DNA from: the human T2T-CHM13v2.0 reference genome, Homo sapiens
Strand: one strand, 5' to 3'
Assembly: GCF_009914755.1 (NCBI RefSeq)
Contig: NC_060928.1
Length of the DNA: 64,000 bases
Shown here: positions 40,934 to 57,860 of the stretch, piece by piece
How the letters are laid out: every line of letters starts with the position of its first letter
Numbering within the stretch: position 1 is the stretch's first letter
The notes under the pieces: generated by a model
What the model was told of the DNA's origin: nothing
The model's input: only the letters and a program-made list of their open reading frames with translations
The model's database searches: none
Made by a program: the position numbers and the translations under genes

Positions 40934-42473
40934 TTAAAGGAGCTGATGGAGCTGAAAACCAAGGCTCGAGAACTACGTGAAGAATGCAGAAGCCTCAGGA
41001 GCCGATGCGATCAGCTGGAAGAAAGGGTATCAGCAATGGAAGATGAAATGAATGAAATGAAGCGAGAAGGGAAGTTTAGAGAAAAAAGATAAAAAGAAAC
41101 GAGCAAAGCCTCCAAGAAATATGGGACTATGTGAAAAGACCAAATCTACGTCTGATTGGTGTACCTGAAAGTGATGGGGAGAACGGAACCAAGTTGGAAA
41201 ACACTCTGCAGGATATTATCCAGGAGAACTTCCCCAATCTAGCAAGGCAGGCCAACATTCAGATTCAGGAAATACAGAGAACGCCACAAAGATACTCCTC
41301 GAGAAGAGCAACACCAAGACACATAATTGTCAGATTCACCAAAGTTGAAATGAAGGAAAAAATGTTAAGGGCAGCCAGAGAGAAAGGTCGGGTTACCCTC
41401 AAAGGGAAGCCCATCAGACTAACAGCAGATCTCTCGGCAGAAACTCTACAAGCCAGAAGAGAGTGGGGGCCAATATTCAACATTCTTAAAGAAAAGAATT
41501 TTCAACCCAGAATTTCATATCCAGCCAAACTAAGCTTCATAAGTGAAGGAGAAATAAAATCCTTTACAGACAAGCAAATGCTGAGAGATTTCATCACCAC
41601 CAGGCCTGCCCTAAAAGAGCTCCTGAAGGAAGCACTAAACATGGAAAGGAACAACCGGTACCAGCCACTGCAAAATCATGCCAAAATGTAAAGACCATCG
41701 AGACTAGGAAGAAACTGTATCAACTAACGAGCAAAATAACCAGCTAACATCATAATGACAGGATCAAATTCACACATAACAATGTTAACTTTAAACGTAA
41801 ATGGACTAAATGCTCCAATTAAAAGACACAGACTGGCAAATTGGATAAAGAGTCAAGACCCATTAGTGTGCTGTATTCAGGAAACCCATCTCACAGGCAG
41901 AGACACACATAGGCTCAAAATAAAAGGATGGAGGAAGATCTACCAAGCAAATGGAAAACAAAAAAAGGCAGGGGTTGCAATCCTAGTCTCTGATAAAACA
42001 GACTTTAAACCGACAAAGATCAAAAGAGACAAAGAAGGCCATTATTTAATGGTAAAGGGATCAATTCAGCAAGAAGAGCTAACTATCCTAAATATATATG
42101 CACCCAATACAGGAGCACCCAGATTCATAAAGCAAGTCCTGAATGACCTGCAAAGAGACTTAGACTCCCACACATTAATAATGGGAGACTTTAACACCCC
42201 ACCGTCAACATTAGACAGATCAACGAGACAGAAAGTCAACAAGAATACCCAGGAATTGAACTCAGCTCTGCACCAAGCTGACCTAATAGACATCTACAGA
42301 ACTCTCGACCCCAAATCAACAGAATATACATTTTTTTCAGCACCACGCCACACCTACTCCAAAATTGACCACATACTTGGAAGTAAAGCTCTCCTCAGCA
42401 AATGTAAAAGAACAGAAATTATAACAAACTATCTCTCAGACCACAGTGCAATCAAACTAGAACTCAGGATTAA

Positions 42474-45129
<2,656 letters not shown>

Positions 45130-47064
45130 TAGAATGGCAATCATTAAAAAGTCAAGAAACAACAGGTGCTGGAGAGGATGTGGAGAAATAGGAACACTTT
45201 TACACTGTTGGTGGGACTGTAAACTAGTTCAACCATTGTGGAAGTCAGTGTGGCGATTCCTCAGGGATCTAGAACTAGAAATACCATTTGACCCAGCCAT
45301 CCTATTACTGTGTATATACCCAAAGGACTATAAATCATGCTGCTATAAAGACACATGCACACGTATGTTTATTGTGGCACTATTCACAATAGCAAAGACT
45401 TAGAACCAACCCAAATGTCCAACAATGATAGACTGGATTAAGAAAATGTGGCACATATACACCATGGAATACTATGCAGCCATAAAAAATGATGAGTTCA
45501 TGTCCTTTGTAGGGACATGGATGAAATTGGAAATCATCATTCTCAGTAAACTATTGCAAGAACAAAAAACTAAACACCGCATATTCTCACTCATAGATGG
45601 GAATTGAACAATGAGAACACATGGACACAGGAAGGGGAACATCACACTCTGGGGACCATTGTGGGGTGGGGGGAGGGGGGAGGGAGAGCATTGGGAGATA
45701 TACCTAATGCTAGATGACGAATTAGTGGGTGCAGCGCACCAGCATGGCACATGTATACATATGTAACTGACCTGCACATTGTGCACATGTACCCTAAAAC
45801 TTAAAGTATAATAATAATAAAAAATAAATAAATAAATAAAAAGATAATGTAAGATCAAGTGGAGACACATAATTGAAGACATAAAGAAAGCAGAACTCCT
45901 TTTGTCTTTGAAATGAGTATTACACACCTGTTTTAGCATTTGTTTGGTTGTTGTTTTTGCCTATTGAAACTGTAAGCTTTTCTTACATTGCAGTCATAAA
46001 CTGTAGAAAAGTAAGGAGACTTTTGCTTTATTATCTGCACTTATGTTTTCTTCTTTCACAGAGTAAATTCACCTGGAATACTGAATTTCAGGCATGGGGT
46101 CCAAAGATATAAAGAGAAATGAGAGCCAGGCAACAATCACCAGCTTTCACCTGCATAATCTAAATATAAACTGTTTGGTGATCAGCAACATTCTAAAAAT
46201 TGAGTCTGGGCTCTAGAAAAAGAACAAGTGATTATATAATATCCCCAATGGATATTAGGAAAATTACCCTTAATTTCTAATTCCTTGAAAAGCAACCTCT
46301 TGGAAGATTCTACATTCACAGTAGGTAGTGCTGTCATAATGCAATATCCAAAGATTTGTCATCATAAAACATTGACATTGGAAATTTTTATGTGTAAATT
46401 CTATTATTTAATTTAGATCTATCCTCATGAAATCTTAAATTATTGCATATTTCTTTTTATTTATTAACATCTGTTTCTCTTGTAAATATTTATGTGATTA
46501 GAAAATTCTTGAGGAGGGAAAAGTAATCTATCCACCTGTCAGACCAAAAGAGCGACTAAATATCTCAGAAAACAAAGGATAGATTAAACTGTCCACCTCT
46601 ACTTTGCTTTAATTTGATCTTGTCTTAAAGTCACAGAACTAAGATGGATCTCTTAATTATTTATACAAACAAAAGTGGCTTCTTTAATTTTTAAAAAGGC
46701 ATAACTAACCACATAATTGCTCTCTCTTGTTTTTCTTTTAGACTTGAAAATAAATTCCAAACTAAACTACTTTTTTATCTGTTGTTTTTCAATACTTTCT
46801 TGATCATTTATTCTTAAAACCTATTTACTTTTCTGGAATAAATGTTACTCCTAATACTAACAAACATGCGTTTTATTTTCATAACACTATGTACATTTTA
46901 TAAGATATGTCAATATCTCATGGAAGGAAGCATAATATTTTTGGAGTTAAAAAGTTCTTTGAAGCCAGACAGGTCTATATTCAAATCCCAGTTTACAAGA
47001 AATTTACTTTCCTCAACCCATAAAATTAAAGTAACAACCCATATCTTCAAAGATTTAGGAAAGC

Positions 47065-47671
47065 GCATTAGTTCTCTATTGCTGCTGTAACAACCAAAAA
47101 CTTGGTGGCTTAGAGCCACATCCTTTTATTATTTACAGTTTCCGTGAGTCAGAAAGCCTAGGCACAGTGTTGCTCAATTAGGTTTCTCAGTTAGGGTCTC
47201 TCAGGATGGAGCTCAAGGTATCAATAGGGCTTATGTCATTCTGGAAGCTCAGGGGAAAATTCATTTTCAAGGTCATTCAGGTTGCTGGAAGGATTCACCT
47301 GCAGGATAAGATCCCATTTCCTTACTGACTGACAGTGGGAACTGCTCATGAGGTCTCTCCCATCCCTGCAGAGAGCCCCCTCCATCTCAGAACCAGTGAT
47401 GGCATGTTCATTTCTTACCCTCAGAGTCTCTCTGGATTTCACTTCTGCTGCATCTCTCTGACCCCAACCAGAAATAATTCTATGCTCATGCAACTATATT
47501 CAATAGTTCATTCACCTAGCCAATTAATGATAATCTATTTTAAAGTCCCAAACTTTAAGCATACCATTAAAGTCCCTTTTGCCATGTAATATAACATATT
47601 CATACATTCCAGGGATTAGAATCTGGATATCTGGAAGGGGGGGTGGGGCAGGGGACCATTCTGCCTACCAC
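47065..47671 (-). mobile_element. MaLR LTR (MLT1/MST-like)
   Basis: attagttctctattgctgctgtaacaa...ggggaccattctgcctaccaca. Confidence 0.7.
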
Positions 47672-47954
47672 AATAAGCCAATGAAAGGCAATGTTGCCTG
47701 AAATAGTAGGAGCATCTAAAATATAGTAAATGCACAATTAATTGTTGCCATGCTAAGAAGGAGGATGATAATGATTTGCTCAGCTGTTTCCTACATCTTC
47801 TGGACCTCTGTTTCATTTTCTGTAAAATTAAGATTATATTTACTACTACACCTAATGTTGTTTGAGGACTAGTTAAGACGGTGTATCTAAAGTACCTGAT
47901 GGAATGTTTAGTGCACACCAGGTACCCGGTGACTGTTAATCTTACGAAAGAGGC

Positions 47955-48340
47955 TGTAAGCTGGTCACGAAAGTCTTCCAGAGGAATATATGATTGTCCA
48001 GGTAAGTTACACTTGCCAGCCTTCCTGCTGTTAGCTATGGCCATGTGATGAACTTTTATCTAAAATAATCTGAGTGGAAGTGATCTGTGACAATTCCACA
48101 CCAAGCCCATGCATGCTTTCATGCATGTGTCTTTATACTTTTTCCCCAATTATAATGGCATGGCCCACACAAACCTGGAAAACCACATGTTGAAAATGGC
48201 AGAGTAGACATCAGCTTGGATTCCCAAATGACTGTGTGGAGCCAATTGGGACTATCTTTCCTGGACAGTTATGTTAACGAGTGACAAACTTCTGTTTTAT
48301 TTAAGCAATGATATTTGGCGTGTCTTTGCCTCATAGTTTG
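47955..48340 (+). mobile_element. MaLR LTR (old MLT1-like) fragment
   Basis: ccagccttcctgctgttagctatggccatgtga...aaacttctgttttatttaagc; ends approximate. Confidence 0.55.
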
Positions 48341-49563
48341 CTTACTCAAACCCTTCATCCCTTCCCAATTTTAGCTTTATCACAAACCTTGACTATATGC
48401 AGTGTGATTTTGCAGTGGAGATGACTATGACCCTTATAGGATGATCCTGATCCCCCACACAGTCCAGCTGTCTTCACCACATAGCTAACATTCAATGTTC
48501 TTTGCTATAGCTGCGGGGATTGTGTTCGAAGTTCCTATTTCAGACAGTCTGCTCTTCAAGCTCTCCTGTTCCCATCACAATTTCAGTCCTCATTACCCAC
48601 ATGGAGCAGAAGAAACACAGAGAATTTCTGAAGTGCTGTTAGGCTGTTCTTCAGTTATTATGAAGCCTTTGATGTGTGCAGAGGTGTGGCTTTAATTCCT
48701 AACAACCGAATAACTTCAAAGGGGGAAAAGCTTGAAAGGGGATACTGAGGAAGACCTTTGTTATTTTTTAAGGGACAACCTTCCTAGTGGTATTTTTCTC
48801 CACGGATGATTCTTTGTCACCCAAAACCATGGGAGGAAGATAAATAATACCTCCCAGTGTGTTGACAGTAACTTCATAGATCAGAAAAGGCTGTGGAAAT
48901 AGGTCAGACCAAAAATATATAGTGGTAAGTACTGACTGTGATGCTAGACTGCCCAGTGTTTGCCAACTGGGGAGTGCAACCAGTCAAGCCAGGGTGGTCA
49001 CTGAGACCAAAAAGAGAAATGCAAATAGTGTGGTTATTGTCCTTGTGGTTACATTGCAAAGGTGTCCCTTAGAGGACCAAGAAGCCATAGACCCTATCCT
49101 GCAGAGCAATGGTTTTCAAGCATGTTTTAATTCTGACCAACAGTAAGAAATACATTCTGCATGTACTCCCAATACACACACAAGAGCAGGTACACATATT
49201 TATACAAAATTGAAACATTTTTCAAAATAATACTTATACTTACTATTCTGATTTTTTAAATGTTCCTCTAAATTGGTTTCATAACCTGGTAATGAGTTGT
49301 AGCCCATTTTTACTGTAAACAAAATGTTCATTCTGTGATAATCTAGCAAAATGCTAGAGCCTGAGTACCTGTAAATACAATATATAAAACCAGAAGGAAA
49401 TTCCAAAGTGACAGAGGACAAAGAAAATGAAGGAAGGCAATGACTTCCTTAGAGCCTTTAATTTGCAGCTACAAATCTTCTTTATAAGTATCTTGCAAAA
49501 AGCAAATGAAATCCTCATTAAAAAGAAGTATTGGAAGTACTGATGATATACAACCAGATGTAT

Positions 49564-49566
<3 letters not shown>

Positions 49567-49604
<38 letters not shown>
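49567..49604. repeat. (CA)n microsatellite, about 18 units
   Basis: Direct reading. Confidence 0.95.
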
Positions 49605-49606
<2 letters not shown>

Positions 49607-52600
49607 CTGTGCATTATGTGACTATGTACCAAGTGTGTCGGTTAAAAAATTGTTTACAGTTAGTTATTTATGTTGTTACTAGTTAATCTTTGTTTTCCAA
49701 GTACAAGAGTTTAGAACACCTCAGAAGTTTTAAGGCAAGCACACCTGGATCAGGTGGGCCCAGTCAGCCATTCGGGCATGTAGCACCTGATTGGTTATTT
49801 TCAAAGAACCAGATACTACAAAATGAAAAACAACAGAAGTTATTTCTATTTGGGTGAGCCAATCATATAGAATTCTATGATTTAAATGTTGAAAGAGCTC
49901 ATAGAGATATGGCCCACCACTCCATTATTTTGTAGATGAAGAGATGATATGCTAAAGCCTACCACAATTCATTGACAGCTGGTAGAGTGACAGAGGCAGA
50001 ACCACAAGCCCTAATCTCCAGACTTTGGACTAGTGAACTTTGTACAACACCTGGCTGCCCCACCTTTAGCTCAATGGTTCATAAACTGTAGCGAAATCTA
50101 CAATTATTTCAACTTTCTTATGGCTCTGGATTTAACCGTTAGGATGACAGGAAAAAAAAAAATCCTGGTTTATGCGAGTGTTGGTAAGGACTACAAGAAA
50201 GACTAGACTTGAAAAAAGTGATTAAAATGGAAAATTCCCAAAGAAAGAGGCAGACGGTTGCAAACTCTAAACATTCATAACTAAACCAGTGCTTCTTAGA
50301 CTTTAATAAGCATAAAAATCCCACCATTAGAGTGTTAGGTGTGGATCTGGGGGCCCCAACTTGAGTTTCCGATTCAGTAAGTGTGGGGTGGTGCCTGGGA
50401 ATATGCCTTCTCATCGGCACCACAGGCAATCTGACTAAGGGCAAAGGTGCTCCACACTACACCCTCATCCCAGCCTCAAACACCTCAGCTTTGTGAAAGA
50501 TGGCAGGTTAGAGTCACAGTGCAAAAGGCCACTGGATCAAATACCAAAGCACTGTGACTAACAGGTGACTTTATGATGAATCACAATGTTTGTAGTTCAG
50601 GAGGATGTCACAGTCAAATCTCATGCTTAGTGGATTCATCACCATGTGTGGGGGCAGAAACTACTTCCACTCTTACCTTCCATACTGCATAACTGCCAGG
50701 TACGTAAGTCATATTATTATTTTCATTGTCGTTAATCTGTACACTCCGTTCTGAATCTATATCATGCTTTACAGTTCTCATTAGTTAACTCTTAATGAAC
50801 TCTAGTATGTTGGTGTTATTCCCACCCTCGTTTTCTTATCAGAACACAAGAAGAGGCTTAAAGGCAATGGCTGCCTCTATAAATGTTCTGAGTGATTTAA
50901 GCTAAAGCAAGAAATGCCATTGGAACATTGCACAATCAGGGCCATTTGTTCTAGGAGTTCAACCGTCTAAGTTTCAACAAATACATCAGATCAATTACTT
51001 GGTGATGGGAAATTCTGATTCTCCCTTCCTTACCCCCTGCTACATGCAAAACTCCCAAATCAACTCCTAAACTGCATGACAGATTTAGCCTGTTTTTTTC
51101 AAAGATTATGGGGACAGTTTGTGGGACAGCTGGTCCTAGAACTCTGGACACTGTCAAAAATGATGCAGTAGTGATTGGCTGTTGTCAGGACCAAGTTGAT
51201 GGGTCATTAGTCCAAGCTATGCTGGTAAATCACATGCATTTCTTAGCGCTAAATAGATCCCATTACTCTCGTTAATCACTTTCACATTTGAGAATTTTCA
51301 CACATCACAGAGACACATTTGTTTGCCAGGTATGAATAAAGAGTCCTTTATAAACTGTGCTGCTGTCTGCAAATGCTGAGATACAGCAAATCCTTTCCAG
51401 GGTGTTTGAAAAGATGAGTTTTTCAAATTTGAATTGTGTGTTAATTATTACTGGATTTGAGCCCCCATCTATATATTCTGTAGCAATTGCCTGTGGCTGC
51501 TATAAATACGTCTAATTTACCATTTATTTTTAATGATACTAAATTTTCATATTTGCTGTCAACATAGAAATCCCCTCTGGTGAATCTACTCTATTAGTAT
51601 TATATTAAAAACAGATTTCCTTGGTTAACAAAAAAAACTAGGGCCTCTCCAGCTTTAAGTAAAAAAAAAAACACCCTTAGAAATTAGGATGAATTATTAA
51701 TTTGTAACATCTGTGACTGGGTTATGTTACAATGGGAGACTCTCCAGAGATGCAGGCTAAGCAATCTTCTTGAAAATGACTTCATATCTGAACCCCCTGG
51801 GGCCACACGGCCAGGCACTGTGTCATCATGGTCTGTCCTTGATAAACTGCTGGATGGGTTGCATGAATTGTAAATGGAAACACTGCTGGTGTCACTTACA
51901 CTTAAGGATAAAATGGTCCCTACTCCCTGCTTGACAGATATTAGTTACATTGTATATTGTGATTGACAGAGGCATGAATCTGTCAACAATCAGCCTTGCA
52001 GGGTTTTGGGGGTTTTTTTTCCTCCCACTGAGAACAGCTTTATAAAAGCTTAAATTCTATATGTGACTCCTTTACTATTCCTTACCTCCTTTAAATTCCA
52101 TAAAGCCATCTGGGTTTCAATGAAATTGACCCCCCAAAAAGTTAAAGAACGTATTTGCTTTGAATTTTAATTCTCTGAAATCTGAAGACGTTTTCACAAA
52201 ATGCATATCGTTAGAATCCAAGGTACATGTCGTAAAAGCATTATTCATGAAAAGACTTGACTCGTCTTGGACTAGAACCAACCATCTGGGTGATGCCTAA
52301 AATGAGTTTTTGAACACATTCCAATATGCCGTTTCCCCCTAGATGTTAAAATAGATAAAGTGCTTCTTAAATACAGTTTTTAAAATGTGTTTTTTGTGGC
52401 CTAGAGTGTTCAAGTAGAAAGTGTTTCACAGCCTGACTCAGAGGCTTGCCACCAAAAGGACCAACATACCCTTTCTCTGCTCCATTTCTTAATTATACAT
52501 CAGTGACTCCTTTATACTATGAAAACTCTGTAGGGGATTGTGATGTTAATTGTAGAAAATCAAATGCTTCTTGAGTAAGGCAGGTTTGTTTTATAAGATA

Positions 52601-52861
52601 TACTAAAAAGATTAAAATATGTAAATCAAATTTCACTTTACACATGCAAATCCAATTTCCTTTTATACATCTGAAGAGTTTAAACCTTTCTCCACCCCTT
52701 AACACAGCATGAGTTGGCTTAAGATTTTTCACCATAGAAAAAGGCTCTTGGTCTCTGTAGACTGGTGCTCTGACATCTTTTTATTTATTTATGGTGTTAA
52801 TAATATAAGTACATTCTAATATCTTCTAATGAAATTTATTTTTTACTTCAAAATTTCTTAC

Positions 52862-52925
52862 CACTTCCAAGCAGTCAATGATCTTGGTTAATTTATCTTC
52901 AGGTAAATTCTTCAGCAAGGATACA
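52862..52925 (-). CDS. PRKG2: PRKG2 coding exon (exon 6)
   Basis: tttgaag|TGTATCC...GGAAGTG|gtaaga; 64 nt; VSLLKNLPEDKLTKIIDCLEV. Confidence 0.95.
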
Positions 52926-55363
52926 CTTCAAAATTAAAAAGAAACCTTCAATTACCTTCCTGAATTAAACTATAAATATACACATATGCAGATTCTAAAA
53001 TCTTTACATACATTTTAAAAAATATAATGCACTTTGATTCTTCCAAAGTAAATGTCCAAATAACTGAAAACACATCAATAACTGAATTTCATATACACTG
53101 GAAATTATAGATATATAATCACAGACATGTGCCACAGGCAAACAAATGAAAATAGTAAGATACCAGACAGGGGGAAAAAAATCACATTTTGTCTATTTGG
53201 TAAAAATAAATTTACATTTGTTGTTGGTTTTCACAGTGAATCGCATTTGGAAGTTTGTTCCTCTCTACTTCTCAATATCTGTTTTATTAGTTTGTGCGAG
53301 GAGCTCTGCTTCCAGTGGAGAATCAGATTTTTGTCTAAATCCTTATAATTAAGTAAGGACTGAATCCGGGGTTGGGAGGGAACATGGGAATTGACATTGA
53401 AATGATCTCTGATTATTAGTCATACTGTACTGTCTTTTAAAATTAATGATAGCCAGAGGCATGGATGAACTTCAAAAATAACTAAATCAAGCTACAGGCA
53501 AAATTATAAACAACACCAAGGGAATGATCACTAAACTTCAGAACGCAGATACTCTCAAGGAGAAGAGGAGGAAGAGGCTGGAAAGAACATGGGGAAATAC
53601 ATAAGAACTTCAACAACTGCTTTCTCTTCCCTAGGTTGGGCAGTAGCTTCACGGGTGTTCATTTTGTTATGATGTCTTATAACTTACATATGTACTATAT
53701 ATCACATAGAATATCACATACTTCATAATAAAAAATGTAAATAAAAAAAATACTGTATATTATGAAACAAAGAGAAATGTATTCCCCTAATATATCTCAC
53801 TATAGATGAAATGGTAAAAGAGTCATCAGAACTTGTTATTAACACAGGCTATCATGAAAGTTTTACTTCTGGTCCAAACAGGCATCTATAACATTAGTGA
53901 AAATTAACTGTTATAAACCTAGCACCTTTGGAGGTTGGTGGCAAAAGAGATATAAGAAAAAATATTTTCTCTGTCTCCCCTCTCTGAAGGCAAGAATCAG
54001 GTTTATCTTGTTAACCACTAAATCAACAATATTTAGTGCCTGCTAATAAGTATTAGTTGAATGAAGGAAACAACAAAAGGAGGGAAGGAAAGAATGAATA
54101 TTCACTAGTAGATTATCCGAGCTTTTTCCACTAAGAACATACTAGACTCCAAGGTAATTAACTGCTATGCCTAGTTCACGTTTTATCTCAGACATTCAAA
54201 TACAACCCAGGCACACTGGTTTTTTTAGGTACCTCTTTTTGGCCCTTACGTAAGTGTGGCTTATCAGCTTTAAATGCTAACCTATGTTGCTCAGTTGGTG
54301 GATTTTGAGATCACCTAGATTCAAGTGGGCCCCACAATATGATAGCTAATGCATTGGCTGGCATATAGATAGAGAACCTGCTTGTCATTATTGCAGCTCT
54401 CTGCCAGGAGACATTATTGTCTCTGGGAGGACAAATCAGTAAGATTCTAGATGAGAAATCTCATTCAATGTTTATTGAGCCTACACTATAAGCTAAGCAC
54501 TATATGGCCCTAAAATCATTAGCTTTGAAGGATTCTCATGCTAGAAAAAATTACCATAAGAACTTATAATTTATTTTTGGAAATAATGTGATATATTATT
54601 ATTAATATTATTATTACATATCATAGATAACATTTCATTATAGAATGTATTGCAGCTTCAGAAACTTGCAAAACTCCCATTAAAGATACAGAAATTGTTT
54701 AAATAAATAACTTATACTTCCAAATAAAGTTTTAATGTGAGACTAGTTTTTTTCACTTACACAGACATTTATTTCCTTATAAATTGATTCATCCAAGGTG
54801 TTGAGGTACAGAATAGTTCACAAAATGAGTGTGTTCCAAGTCCCTGTCATCATGACAAGTATAGTAACATTTTTAGCAAGTCAATTTGCTACAAATAATA
54901 GTAATTTGGAAGATGGCGTGACTATGCAAATAAGAAAGTCTCAGGTAAAGCAAATAAGCATAGTAAATTTAATTAATTTTAATACCATTCTAAGCAAAGT
55001 ACTTTTAGAAAGCTTGTCTTTTGGCTAACCACTTTCAAATTTCAAATGCCTTTCAAAGCCAACTGAGCAACCCAATTAATAATTTAGGTTTTTTGCACAT
55101 TTTTCTATGCTGTGCACTATCACTCTATCAATACAAGGGCAAAAACTAGCAGGAGAAATAAATGAGTATACAAGGATAATAGAAATTAAATACAGTTTTT
55201 GGTATGTACTGGCATTTACTGCAAGCAATGTTCCTTTGGTTTAGTCATGTGGAAAATGCTTAAATGGAAGTAGCTATAGTTGAATAATTATTCTGATAAA
55301 ACCAATATATTCACAATATGGCGACTCCACTGTCTTCACTGTCTCCCAATGTATTATTCTTAC

Positions 55364-55469
55364 CTTCTGAGGAAGTTTCTGTATTGTTCATCTCTAGCTT
55401 GGGCTGTCCTCCTCATTATATTCTGGAATACCTCTCGATCTAGTGCCCATGTTTTAACATTGGTAATAG
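55364..55469 (-). CDS. PRKG2: PRKG2 coding exon (exon 5)
   Basis: tctaaag|CTATTAC...TCAGAAG|gtaaga; 106 nt; (A)ITNVKTWALDREVFQNIMRRTAQARDEQYRNFLR(S). Confidence 0.96.
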
Positions 55470-56685
55470 CTTTAGAAAATTCAAGAAAACAATAAAACAC
55501 TTAGTACAACATTGTGAAAACATTCCAAAATATAAATCGATGGATTTGTTATATGTTCTTATAAAATGGTACTTCTTGGAAAATGTATTATTTAAACATA
55601 CAAATGAAGGAGACAGAAAAATAAATAGTGAGCAATTTTATAAATCATTTTGGCTTTGAAATACACTATTATTTGGAAATGACTAGCAAAAAATTTCCTT
55701 TCTAATTATGTTACAGTTAGGATGATATTCAAATTAGTTTGCAATTCCCAATTATGCACTAGATCATCAGGATGTGCTCTAGATTTCTGCTGTAATACAA
55801 GAGAAAGGCAGTCAATTTGTAGCTAATCTGGAGAGTGAAGTCACAAACAGATAATTGAAAGTTAAAGCTATCTGTGTGTATGTGTGTGTTTTTATGTGTC
55901 TTTTTATGTTGTTCTGACACTGTTGCTAAAGAAGCTACATATTATTTAAGAATCTCTACAGTTACTTTTGTGTAAAATGCCTACAAATTATTTGAAAGAG
56001 ACTATGAAAGAAAGTTTTTGAGATAATTTTTTTTTACAGTAAAGACTTAAGGGCAAGTATAAAATTTAAAAAGAAAGTGGGCCAGAAGTGGTGGCTCTAA
56101 AAAATCTAGATGAAATTGTGGTTGTACAATTTTTTAAAAACGAGTAACAAAGCCTCTAAAATTGATCAAAACCCAAAGCTCTGGATTACCAAACTTTACA
56201 TTGGAATCATCTTGATATTCTTGTTAGAAATACAAGATCCCTGGGCTCCATTGCCAGAGACTCTGATTCAGGTTGGGAGTAGAGACCCAAAATCTGCATT
56301 TTTATCAAATACCTCAGCAAGGCTAACACATATAAACTAGTCCCAAACACTGAAAAACATCATATCTATGTAATTCAGAAGGAAACCCAAGATTGCCATA
56401 AAGTCAATAAAACAAATCTAAAGAAAAGCAAGTAAAGTAATCCCAAAAGTCATTCATGAATACTCTAATTACTCTAATTCATATTCCTTTTGATATAGAT
56501 ACATTTTCATTGGTTTAATTAATTTCTCTGGCTTATAATATGGTCAGAACCTCGTTGAGACTAGCTAGAAAGCAAACATTCTAGATGAGCCAAAGGCATG
56601 TGTCTATGTAGTAAAAAGTAAAGTGGCAATTAAAGCAAATATGGAATCAGTCAGCTTAAAGCCATTGTTTTTGGCAGAACAAACC

Positions 56686-57160
56686 TTTTTATTTTTATTT
56701 TTATTTTTAATTTAATTTAATTTTAATTTCCAGGATACACATGCAAGACATGCAGGTTTGTTTCATAGATAAACGTGTGCTGTGGTGCTTTGCTGCAACT
56801 ATCAACTTAACACCTAGGTATTTAGCCCCGCATACATCAGCTATTTATCCTGATGCTCTCCCTCCCCCACCCCTCCCCATTGGGCTCCAGTGTGTGTTGT
56901 TCCCCTCCCTGTGTCCATGTGTTCTCATTGTCCAACGCCCACTTATAAGTAAGAACATGCAGTGTTTGCTTTTCTGTTCCTGTGTTAGTTTGCTGAGGAT
57001 AATGGCTTCCAGCTCCATCTATGTCCCTGCAAAGGACATAATCTTGTTCCTTTTTATGGCTGTGTAGCATTCCATAATGTATACATACCACATTTTCTTT
57101 ACCCAGTCTATCACTGATGGTCATTTGGATTGATTCCATGTCTTTACCGTTGTGAATAGT
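56686..57160 (-). mobile_element. 5'-truncated L1PA 3' end in intron 4
   Basis: L1 3'UTR; TSD aaagccatt at 56658-56666 and 57163-57171. Confidence 0.9.
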
Positions 57161-57391
57161 TAAAAGCCATTTTACATTTTATACACAGGTATCCAGAAAA
57201 GTTCTTTTTAGCTTAAATTATATAGGTAAGTGCTTCAGTATAAATCCCTTAATAGGCATAGCATTTCTATTATAAGAACATATAGGGTAAAATGGGAAAC
57301 AGACTGTGGATCAGGGTGCAAATGTGACTGGACTAGATTATCTTTAACATGCCACAACAATTCAAAGATGGAGCATTTCCTCTTTTATTAC

Positions 57392-57505
57392 CTTTCACAG
57401 AGGCAGTCCTTGTACAATTGTATAAAATGGCAAGCTCCCCAAATGTGGTCCACATAGGGATGGAGGACAGCAATTTCTCCCCTTGGAACACCTCTAGTCG
57501 ACCCT
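57392..57505 (-). CDS. PRKG2: PRKG2 coding exon (exon 4), cNMP-A phosphate-binding cassette
   Basis: ttgatag|AGGGTCG...GTGAAAG|gtaata; 114 nt; (E)GRLEVFQGEKLLSSIPMWTTFGELAILYNCTRTASVK with FGELA...RTA motif; visible in ORF 57333..57677. Confidence 0.97.
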
Positions 57506-57639
57506 CTATCAAGCAGAATTTTAAAAAACACACACACAAATAATCGAAATCCGTGTAGATACTATAAATTAGTAAAATAAAACAATCATAAAGCACACAA
57601 AGTATACAGGTAAGATATTTTATGATTCTCATTATAATA

Positions 57640-57860
57640 CACCAGTTAAAAGTGTAGACTGAAATCACCTCTGCCACTTACTATTAGCTGGGTTGCCTTG
57701 AGAAACTTACGCTATCTGTCTGAAGTTCCTCATCAACGATGAGGATAATAATAATTATTATTATTATTTTACAGTGGCAAGAATGAAATAAGTTAATCTA
57801 GGTAAGGAATTTAGAACAATGGCTAGTGCATAGTAAATGCTGTGTGTTAGCTATTATTAA
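57640..57860. mobile_element. MIR-like SINE (further likely MIRs near 21590, 22790, 24090, 58060, 60090)
   Basis: ctctgccacttactattagctgggttgccttgagaaac...gcatagtaaatgct core. Confidence 0.6.

Noticed and set aside
51963-51986. 8-bp stem ttgacaga...tctgtcaa
   Set aside because: Short enough to occur by chance in 64 kb
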